DNA of 64,000 nt from positions 32,001-96,000 of the forward strand of contig CAZFHY010000015.1 of NCBI GenBank assembly GCA_964519305.1. Reading direction: 5' to 3'. Source of the DNA: Candidatus Undinarchaeota archaeon (GTDB lineage: Archaea > SpSt-1190 > JASMDC01). The notes under the pieces were generated by a model. That model ran no database searches. It saw only the letters and a list, made by a program, of their open reading frames with translations, and was not told where the DNA came from. A program made the position numbers and the translations under genes. This document shows, piece by piece, positions 55,344-62,869 of this stretch (positions are counted from its first letter, which is position 1; the number at the start of each line of letters is the position of its first letter).

Positions 55344-56618
55344 TCACCCGGAGGATTCCTTCCTGTCCTCGAGCGAATAGATACCCTTCACCATCTCCAG
55401 GCAGTCGAACGCGTCGAACCGCTGCTTCATGCGGCCCACCGCCGCGTCGGTGAGGGTGTAGCTGGCCGGGAGAAGGAACTCGATGATGTGCACCGCGTCG
55501 TCGAACCTCCGGTCCCGGTGCTGGTTGCTCTCCCGCTCCACGTCATCGCGCAGGTGCTCGATCATCATCTCCCTAGCGCCAGCCTCGCCCTTCTCCTTGA
55601 TGAAGTGCTGCCAGTACTCATTGGGAGGTTCCTCGAAGAAATCGTCCTTGCGGATGAGCTCGGCGGCGGTATCGACGAGCTCGGTCTTGGAATAGTACTT
55701 CTGGGTAGCCGCCCGCTCGGCGGTGAGGGTGCTCCCCTCCCATAGGCGGGCGTACTCCGCCCTCAGCTCCTCGTAGAAAGCACGGTACTGAGGTCGGGCG
55801 CGCTCGAAGAGGGGGCGGAAGGCGTTGAAGAACACGCAGGACGAGCCGGGGATATGCTCGGACGCCTTCTCGACGAACTGAGTGAGCTTGGTCGGGTCGC
55901 GGACCACGTCGGTAGCGGAGAACCCGAACTCCGAAGCGAACGCCTTATCCATCTCCTCGTAGGTATCCCGGACCTTGGGGAGCGTGTGGTGGTGGAACCA
56001 TGAGCCCAGCACCTGATCGTCGCGGGCGAGGTCATTGATGGCGTGGTAGCCGAGCACCTGGCCGGGGAGCTCCGCCCGGAAGGCATTGAGGAAGCGGTGG
56101 ACGTTGTCGGTGAGCTTATCACCGGTGTCGGTGTCCAGCTTGTGCTCCTGTTTCTCCAGAATGGCGTCATCGGCCCAGTGGGCGTACTCATGGGCAAGCA
56201 CCCACACGTTCTCAGCGATGGTGTTGTAGGGGGCGATGAACACGGTGTTCTTGCCCGTGAAGTCGTGGACGATCCGGTTGGCGGCCTTGACGTAATGATG
56301 GCTAATCGAGCCCTCCATGGAAAGGTCGTCACCGTCGTTGATGAGCGTGTTCTCGTGGCTGTACAATCCCTTCCAGGAACCGTAGTTGGTCATGTACGCA
56401 TGGGGCGCCTCTTTATCAGAGGCATCGAACATGTCCTGGTACACGCCGACGACGGCATCGCAGTACGATGTGAGGGTGGGATGATCCTCGGGAGTGAGCT
56501 CGACGGCCTTGTACGCGAACTGGTGGCCATGGACATCGCTGAGCTCTTTCCATGTACTCCACAAGGCCTCGGTCTCAGCGATGACCCCTTCACCGTCGAA
56601 GGAGTAGTCCGTCTCCAC
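55344..56618 (-). CDS. Putative zinc metallopeptidase (HExxH)
   Basis: VLAHEYAHW...AELPG. Start corrected to GTG 56618 from promoter position. Confidence 0.65.
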   Translation of the reverse strand: METDYSFDGEGVIAETEALWSTWKELSDVHGHQFAYKAVELTPEDHPTLTSYCDAVVGVYQDMFDASDKEAPHAYMTNYGSWKGLYSHENTLINDGDDLSMEGSISHHYVKAANRIVHDFTGKNTVFIAPYNTIAENVWVLAHEYAHWADDAILEKQEHKLDTDTGDKLTDNVHRFLNAFRAELPGQVLGYHAINDLARDDQVLGSWFHHHTLPKVRDTYEEMDKAFASEFGFSATDVVRDPTKLTQFVEKASEHIPGSSCVFFNAFRPLFERARPQYRAFYEELRAEYARLWEGSTLTAERAATQKYYSKTELVDTAAELIRKDDFFEEPPNEYWQHFIKEKGEAGAREMMIEHLRDDVERESNQHRDRRFDDAVHIIEFLLPASYTLTDAAVGRMKQRFDAFDCLEMVKGIYSLEDRKESSG

Positions 56619-56639
56619 GAGGTCGGCCGCCCGGAACAC

Positions 56640-56656
56640 GGTTAATAAAGGTTCCC
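56640..56656 (-). promoter_or_regulatory. TATA/BRE element identical to 55296-55312
   Basis: 17-bp exact match GGTTAATAAAGGTTCCC. Confidence 0.65.
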
Positions 56657-56775
56657 CCGGGGATGCTGTCGCGTCATCCAGCTCACATATCCTGAACGAA
56701 CGCCCCCACCCCCCCATGGGAAAGCCATATAAACCGGACGTCCGGCCGGACACCGTCATCCCGGGAGGACAAGGT

Positions 56776-58365
56776 ATGCTCGAAGCCGACGATCCAACCT
56801 TCGATGCGGAGGCTGCGCCCTACGTGGAATCCTTCTCGAAGGAGTACGAGCAGCTGTCCCTGGACTCCAACCAGGCCTACTGGGACCTATATTCAACGGG
56901 TAAGAGCGACGAGCTGGAGAAGGTGCAGGAGCGTGAGCGTGAACTGTACAGCAGCGACGAGCTCTACACCAACATGGCCAAGTGGGACGGACAAATCGCC
57001 GATCCCATGCTCGCCCGCCAGGTAAAGGGCCTGTACGAGGCCGCCAAGCAGTACCACACCGACAAGGACAAGCTGGAAGAGATCGACAAGAAGACCAATG
57101 AGGTCAACGAGATCCACATGAACTACCGGGCCACCTACCAGGGCAAGGAGGTGACCGACACCGAGCTCAGGAAGGTCATTGAGGAGGAGAAGGACCCGGC
57201 CTTGCGCAAGGAGGCATGGCTCGCGTCCTACGCAAAAGGCGACAAGGTAGCACCAGGGCTCATCGAGCTCGTGAAGCTGCGCAACGAGTTCGCCCGATCG
57301 CAGGGACACTCCAACTTCTTCGAGATGAGGTTGAAGGAGCAGGACATCGATCCTCAGAAGCTGTACGGCCTGCTCGACGACCTAGACAAGGTGTCAGAAG
57401 CCCCCTATACCGAGCGCAGGGATGCTTCGAAGGAGAAGGTCGCCAAGTTCTTCAATATCCAGGTGGACGAGCTCAGGCCGTGGCATTTCGGATACGACAT
57501 CGACAAGTTCTCTAAAGAGCTCGACGCCCACTTCCCCAAGAGCCGACAGCTCAAGATCCTCAAATCATCCTACAACGACATGGGTTACGACCTGGACGCT
57601 ATGGGGGTGCAGTACGACCTCGAGCAGCGGCCGGGAAAGACCCAGCACGCCTTCTGCTTCGGAATGAGCATTCCCGACGACGTGCGCATCATCGCCAACG
57701 AGGAGCCCACCCACTACTTTCAGGAGGTGCTCCACCATGAGAGCGGGCACGCAGTGTACGACAAGGGCATCCCTGCCGCACTTCCGCCCCTCCTGAGGGG
57801 TGCCGCTTCGTCAGTGATGACCGAGGGCGCCGCCATGATGTTCGAACGGCTCGCCAACGATGCAGCGTGGCTCCAGGAGTACGGCGGTGTGCCCAAGGAG
57901 CTCGCCGAGAAGAACGAGGACAAGAACCGGAAGGGCGGACAATCATTCATCCGCGCCTACCTCGCCTACATCAACTTCGAGAAGGCGTTGTACGAGGATC
58001 CCGACCAGGACCTTGCCGGATTGTGGTGGGATCTGCGGGAGAAGTACTCGCAGTCACCGAAGCCCGAGGACACCACGCTAAATGGCTGGGCCGAGACCAT
58101 CCACTTCACCGGCTATCCGGCCTACCTCCAGAACTATCTGCTCGCCGAACTTGTGGCGGCCCAGCTGCACGACAAGCTGGTCGAGGAGAACGGCTCGGTG
58201 ATAGGCAATCCCAAGACGGCCGAGTACATGGACCGCGAGGTGTTCGCTCACGGTGCCACAATGGACGAGGCGGACCTGCTAGTGCAGGCGACCGGTGAGC
58301 CGCTGAACCCGCAGCACTATGTTGACTACGTGTTCGGCGGGCAGGAAAAGGACGACGACGCCTGA
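56776..58365 (+). CDS. M2/M3-family zinc metallopeptidase
   Basis: LVKLRNEFAR, RPGKTQHAFC, LHHESGHAVY, MTEGAAM, HFTGYPAYLQNY, ATGEPL. Start corrected to ATG 56776 (GGAGG RBS). Confidence 0.9.
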   Translation: MLEADDPTFDAEAAPYVESFSKEYEQLSLDSNQAYWDLYSTGKSDELEKVQERERELYSSDELYTNMAKWDGQIADPMLARQVKGLYEAAKQYHTDKDKLEEIDKKTNEVNEIHMNYRATYQGKEVTDTELRKVIEEEKDPALRKEAWLASYAKGDKVAPGLIELVKLRNEFARSQGHSNFFEMRLKEQDIDPQKLYGLLDDLDKVSEAPYTERRDASKEKVAKFFNIQVDELRPWHFGYDIDKFSKELDAHFPKSRQLKILKSSYNDMGYDLDAMGVQYDLEQRPGKTQHAFCFGMSIPDDVRIIANEEPTHYFQEVLHHESGHAVYDKGIPAALPPLLRGAASSVMTEGAAMMFERLANDAAWLQEYGGVPKELAEKNEDKNRKGGQSFIRAYLAYINFEKALYEDPDQDLAGLWWDLREKYSQSPKPEDTTLNGWAETIHFTGYPAYLQNYLLAELVAAQLHDKLVEENGSVIGNPKTAEYMDREVFAHGATMDEADLLVQATGEPLNPQHYVDYVFGGQEKDDDA

Positions 58366-58460
58366 GCCAACGGTCCGGTCGCAACCGTCCCACCGAAAAC
58401 TTTAAGGGCAACCTCCCACACGTATCAGTAGCAGTTGCGAGCACCATCTCGTGGTGAGAT

Positions 58461-58703
58461 ATGATGGTGGAAGAACCTCTCCTGTTAGCACGGCTCGTGT
58501 ATCCTTTTACCGAGCTCGTGGACGTCCCTGCATGGACCTGGCCTCTACTTATCGCGCTTTTCGCTGCGCTCCTGGCGCTCGGGTACCGCGACCGCCAGCG
58601 GGCCGCAGATGAGCAGGAGCGGGCCAGCCGTTTTCCTGACGCGTGGAGCGATCCTCCCGGCAGACCTTGCTCGCGTATCACGGCGATCCAGCAGCGTCGA
58701 TGA
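58461..58703 (+). CDS. Small single-TM protein (80 aa)
   Basis: GGTGA RBS, TTTAAG box upstream, hydrophobic WPLLIALFAALLALGY; C terminus conserved in a neighbouring paralog. Confidence 0.6.
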   Translation: MMVEEPLLLARLVYPFTELVDVPAWTWPLLIALFAALLALGYRDRQRAADEQERASRFPDAWSDPPGRPCSRITAIQQRR

Positions 58704-58807
58704 GCGCAGTGGGGTATTACACGTATATACGTCGGTTTTATAGTGATTCAGCGCCTACAGAATATTTGGGCGTTATTTGCGAGTGTGATTTGTGAGAGGC
58801 GAGAACC

Positions 58808-58972
58808 ATCGACGAAGAACAACCGCTACTACAGACGGTGCTGCGCACGGTGACCGACGTGCTGGGGATTGGGTCGGATCCGGAGGAGCGACCCCGGCCA
58901 CCGAGCGCGTGGAGCGATCCTCCCGGCAGACCCTGCCGGCGGATACTCGAGCTCCAGCAGGCGAATGCCTGA
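58808..58972 (+). pseudogene. Paralog or remnant of 58461..58703 lacking the TM segment and an ATG
   Basis: Frame IDEEQPLLQTVLRTVTDVLG...AWSDPPGRPCRRILELQQANA*; 27-bp identity between 58640-58666 and 58906-58932. Confidence 0.5.
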
Positions 58973-59081
58973 GCCGCGAGCGAACGTGAGAAAGGGAAGG
59001 TAGGATACCCGGTGGGAAGGGGATGATGGCCGGGCCACTCTATTTATCGATACGTCTTTCCCTTAGTGAAAGGAGGGTAAA

Positions 59082-59104
59082 GGGCCGGGACGATGCCCCG
59101 GCCC
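59082..59104 (-). terminator. Hairpin plus pyrimidine tract after the 59136-60337 gene pair
   Basis: GGGCCGGG-N7-CCCGGCCC, followed on the minus strand by TTTACCCTCCTTT. Confidence 0.55.
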
Positions 59105-59135
59105 GTAGGTGATGGTTTGAGGTCGTGGTCGATCC

Positions 59136-59729
59136 TTACATGTACTCGGCGTCCCCGGTCTCCTTGATTCTGTCGTGCAGCTCCCGCGCCGCGTCGATGT
59201 CCGCCTGGTCAAGATGCTCGGGTGGTCCGCCGGTGGTGCCGTAGGGCCCGAGGTCCGTGGGCGTATAGGTCATATGCGTGGGGATGTCGACGTGCTCGTT
59301 GACGTAGGATACCTGGTTCTCGTGGGACTGGTTGAAGCTGTAGAGCCTGCCGTTCATGCGCTCGATGACATTCTCTGCTACCGCTCCGGCCCACATGTGG
59401 TGGGCCTCACCGCTCACGGCCACGTAGGTATGGCTCCGGTCCGCGGAATGAAACCCTGCCACCTGGCCCTGCTTGCACAGATTGTACCCACGGATACCGT
59501 CCGCGGCGATGTCGAGGATGTCCTCGATCTCATCGTTGGTGAAGCCGGTGACGTCAAGGGTGGCGAACCGCACCATACCGCTGGAGCAGCCCTCATCTAT
59601 CTCGCGGTCATAGCCGCTCATGCTGAACCTCTCGGCGTAGAACGCCGGTTCTTCATCCCAGTCCAGGAGGCCCTTGTGGCCCTGACGTCCGATGAGGAGG
59701 TTGCCCAGCTTCTTGAGGAACCGGCCCAT
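59136..59729 (-). CDS. Hypothetical acidic protein, tandem paralog B
   Basis: Full-length similarity to 59735..60337. Confidence 0.8.
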   Translation of the reverse strand: MGRFLKKLGNLLIGRQGHKGLLDWDEEPAFYAERFSMSGYDREIDEGCSSGMVRFATLDVTGFTNDEIEDILDIAADGIRGYNLCKQGQVAGFHSADRSHTYVAVSGEAHHMWAGAVAENVIERMNGRLYSFNQSHENQVSYVNEHVDIPTHMTYTPTDLGPYGTTGGPPEHLDQADIDAARELHDRIKETGDAEYM

Positions 59730-59734
59730 GGTAC

Positions 59735-60337
59735 CTACGCTCCGTAATCGCCATCGCGCTCTTGCTTGACCTGGTCGTGCAGCTCCTTGGCGGCATCGAT
59801 ATCACCCTGTTCGAGGTGCGATGGGGGTCCACCGGTGGTTCCGTAGGGTCCCAGGTCTAGTGGAGTGTAGGATTGGGCGTTAGGGATTGGGATGTGGCCG
59901 TTCTGGTAGGCGACCTGATGCTCGTGGTTCTCGTTGAACTCGAAGAGCTTCCCGTTGACATGGTCCTTGTACATGCTGGCGTTGCTGCCCTGGTAGTAAT
60001 AGTGACACTCGCCGCTCACGGCGACGAACTTCTTCTCGGCACCATCGTCGGATTGGTGGTAGAAGCCGGCGACCTGGACCTGCTTGCACATGCTGTAGTC
60101 ACGTGCCTCGTCGGAGACGATGTCCAGGATCTGCTCGATCTCCTTGTTGTCGAGCTCGGTGACATCGATGGTGACCATCCGGCGCATGCCACTGGACATG
60201 CCCTCGTCGATCTCCCTGTCGTATCCGGACTGGGGGAACATCTCAGCGTAGAATGGATTGAAATCCCAATTCGTGTCCTCGCCGTGACCCTTATCACCTG
60301 TGAATATACCTGCGAGCTTCCTCAGGAACTTGCCCAT
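59735..60337 (-). CDS. Hypothetical acidic protein, tandem paralog A
   Basis: Shared SGYDREIDEG, CKQxQVAGF, VAVSGE, DLGPYGTTGGPP motifs. Confidence 0.8.
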   Translation of the reverse strand: MGKFLRKLAGIFTGDKGHGEDTNWDFNPFYAEMFPQSGYDREIDEGMSSGMRRMVTIDVTELDNKEIEQILDIVSDEARDYSMCKQVQVAGFYHQSDDGAEKKFVAVSGECHYYYQGSNASMYKDHVNGKLFEFNENHEHQVAYQNGHIPIPNAQSYTPLDLGPYGTTGGPPSHLEQGDIDAAKELHDQVKQERDGDYGA

Positions 60338-60484
60338 CGTTTTTCACGTCCTTTCTTACGACAGGCGCGCCACGATGGTCCCCTCTTAAGCATTGCCTTG
60401 GGGATGTCCCCCCTCGCGGTCGTCACAAGAACATATAGTCCACGGCGGGTATTCACTTGCAATGGACGATGAAGGGAGTGGCCC

Positions 60485-60694
60485 TTGCAGGGGATGGGCC
60501 TGACGGGGGACGGCTGGCGTAACTACGCCTGGTACACGACCGCCGACCTGGCCGACTACGCTGGACGCTGGATCGTCGTGGTCGATCGTCGGGTGGTCGG
60601 TTCGAGCGATGGCTCCGACCTGCGGGACATGCTCAGTCGGGTCCGTGACCGGTTCCCGGGGAAGGACTCACTGCTCGCGCTCGTACCTGCATGA
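60485..60694 (+). CDS. Small DUF5678-like protein
   Basis: YAGRWIVVVDRRVVGS...FPGKDSLLALVP resembles DUF5678 (recalled pattern). Start may be ATG 60494. Confidence 0.55.
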   Translation: MQGMGLTGDGWRNYAWYTTADLADYAGRWIVVVDRRVVGSSDGSDLRDMLSRVRDRFPGKDSLLALVPA

Positions 60695-60782
60695 TACTTA
60701 CTATGTGACATACGAAATCCCAAGGCAACACTTTTAATCCGGACCAAGACCTTGCCATTCCTGTTCAATAGGTGATACACCC

Positions 60783-61220
60783 ATGTACACTGAAATCGCT
60801 TCACCTGAGGGTACGGAGGTGCTCGACTATCTGGCCGAGCACGGTATGCAGGAGTTCGCGGGCCTCGTGCACGCGACCGGCATTTCCTCCACAGAGGTAA
60901 TGGAACAGCTGGACGGCCTGAACAAGGCCGGGCTACTAGAGCAGTACCCGGTGCGTGGATGCGGTGAGACCTACATGGGCCTCAAGGAAGAGGTGCTGGA
61001 GGCGCGCGAGGTGTTCGGCTACCTGGCCGAGCACGGTATGCAGGAGTTCGCGGGCGTGGCCTACGGCGCCGGTCTCGATCTCACAGAGACCATGCACCAG
61101 ATGGACGTTCTCAATCGTGCGGGGCTGCTGGAACGGCACCCTGTACAGGGATGTGGCGAGGAGTACTTCTCGCTCACCGAGGACGTGCCCGAGGCAGTCG
61201 TTCATTATATGGGCAGATAG
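60783..61220 (+). CDS. Tandem winged-HTH-like protein (two 64-aa repeats)
   Basis: EVLDYLAEHGMQEFAGLVHATGIS..EV...L..L.KAGLLE twice; AGGTGA RBS. Confidence 0.75.
   Translation: MYTEIASPEGTEVLDYLAEHGMQEFAGLVHATGISSTEVMEQLDGLNKAGLLEQYPVRGCGETYMGLKEEVLEAREVFGYLAEHGMQEFAGVAYGAGLDLTETMHQMDVLNRAGLLERHPVQGCGEEYFSLTEDVPEAVVHYMGR
60831..61055 (+). repeat. Intragenic direct repeat, 192-bp period
   Basis: CTGGCCGAGCACGGTATGCAGGAGTTCGCGGGC (33 bp) at 60831 and 61023. Confidence 0.9.
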
Positions 61221-61261
61221 GGCCATCCCTCCGGGGAGGGCCTACTGACGGTGGACCCGCC

Positions 61262-61543
61262 ATGCCGTGGAAGGACGTAGAACGGGAACTGAAAGGTCTT
61301 TCTAGTGAGCAGAATATCCTAACCGACATGCCCGATATCGTGTTCCAGGAACTGGCGAACGTGGGCGTACGCACGGGCCTGGATATGGACGACGCTTTCG
61401 ACCTGATGGCCGAGATGGACGATGCGGGCCGCACACGTGTGTTCCCCACACCAGAGGGCATCGATCCCCGCCGTCACCCGCAGTCCCTACCACCGCCCTC
61501 CGAGCAGACCAGACGGTACATGCGCAGCGGGGAGCCCTGGTAG
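61262..61543 (+). CDS. Small protein with a diverged copy of the same wHTH-like unit
   Basis: Start ATG 61262. QELANVGVRTGLDMDDAFDLMAEMDDAG aligns with QEFAGVAYGAGLDLTETMHQMDVLNRAG. Confidence 0.55.
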   Translation: MPWKDVERELKGLSSEQNILTDMPDIVFQELANVGVRTGLDMDDAFDLMAEMDDAGRTRVFPTPEGIDPRRHPQSLPPPSEQTRRYMRSGEPW

Positions 61544-61579
61544 GTCAGACTTATATCGTTCGCCGCCCATCCGTTCTTC

Positions 61580-62779
61580 GTGGACCAAGGTGACGTGGAC
61601 GCCTATGTCGATGCATATCTGGCCCGCAGCTATACCATCGACCAGGTCCGCCAGGGTCTTATGAACGCCGGTGTGCCGGCCGCCCAGGCCTACGCTCACC
61701 CAAAGCTCCAAGACCCCTCGGGCTCGTACTACGCCTCCTACGCTGCAGGGTACGGCGGCTATGGCGGCTACGGTCAGCAGGTCGCCGCAGAGTACAGCGA
61801 TATGGTGTCCGCCCCGGCCGAGGAAGCAGCACCGCCCCCCGGCGAACCGGAAGGGAGCGGTCACGGAGCGCTCGTTCCTGTGGTGCTGGTCGTGGTCCTA
61901 CTGGTGGCCGCTGGCGGCGGGTACTGGTACACACAGACAGGGGCCGTGCCCGTGGTGACACCTACTATCGAGCCCACGGTGACCGTCACGCCCGCGCCGA
62001 CGACCGCTCCGACGACGACACCTGCCCCTGCTGGCACGCCGTTGCCCACTCCGACGCCACGGCCCACTTTCGGCCCTGTGTCCGCCGACACGGTCAGCCC
62101 CACTCCCCGCGCTCCCAAGGAGTACTGCGATTACACTGAAATGGCCGTGATCACCATGGCCCATGATGAGATGGGTGTTCCTTCCGAACCAGCTCCGGGC
62201 GAGGAGGCCGTGGCCCAGCTCTATGCCCAGGGTAGAGTGCAGAAGTTCTACATGCAGAGCGGTGTGGTCAACCAGTACGTGGTGGACGGGAAGGACAGCA
62301 GTCAGGGGGGAGCAGCGCTCGCCGGGCTCGTGTTCGTGGAGGCGTGCGGGGCGACGACACTTGCCTTCTACGACACCATGACAGGGGGCAGCAGCGACGT
62401 GATGGCCCCGGAGTTCAACACGGACGACCGGTGGTTCGAGCATAAGGGGTTCACTGCCGAGGATGTGACCTGGACACGGTGCCGGTTGGGAGTGGTCGGT
62501 GACTCGGCGTACGTAGTGTGGGAGACCCGGCGCCACGTTCCCTCGCTCAAGGAGGGGGGCTCCGACCGTCTCGAGGTGCGGTTCGATGAGCTCTGGCGCG
62601 ACACGGGATTCGTCAAGAGGACCATCACAATGGACGGTCCCGCAGGAACTACCGTGGACATAGCGACATCGATAGATGACCTCGTGACCTCGCCTCCCCA
62701 GGGTGCCTCGGTGGCCGTCAGGGAGTTCGGTTACCTGTTCGACAACGGCGACCGGCTGGGACGGGTCGAGACGCGGTAG
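61580..62779 (+). CDS. Type II single-pass membrane protein with PT linker and extracellular domain
   Basis: Small N-terminal helical domain, Tyr/Gly-rich stretch, TM VPVVLVVVLLVAAGGGYWY, Pro/Thr linker. Confidence 0.75.
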   Translation: MDQGDVDAYVDAYLARSYTIDQVRQGLMNAGVPAAQAYAHPKLQDPSGSYYASYAAGYGGYGGYGQQVAAEYSDMVSAPAEEAAPPPGEPEGSGHGALVPVVLVVVLLVAAGGGYWYTQTGAVPVVTPTIEPTVTVTPAPTTAPTTTPAPAGTPLPTPTPRPTFGPVSADTVSPTPRAPKEYCDYTEMAVITMAHDEMGVPSEPAPGEEAVAQLYAQGRVQKFYMQSGVVNQYVVDGKDSSQGGAALAGLVFVEACGATTLAFYDTMTGGSSDVMAPEFNTDDRWFEHKGFTAEDVTWTRCRLGVVGDSAYVVWETRRHVPSLKEGGSDRLEVRFDELWRDTGFVKRTITMDGPAGTTVDIATSIDDLVTSPPQGASVAVREFGYLFDNGDRLGRVETR

Positions 62780-62869
62780 CGCTGGACCATCGTGACGCTT
62801 GGTGACACCCGCTACCGGCATTTTTTTAAGCATGGCCTCGCTGGCCGGGTCCGTACGAAGGGATGAGAT

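Noticed and set aside
49834-62779. Accessory block as an integrated mobile element or provirus
   Set aside because: No integrase, transposase, capsid or replication gene, no tRNA target, no terminal repeats seen.
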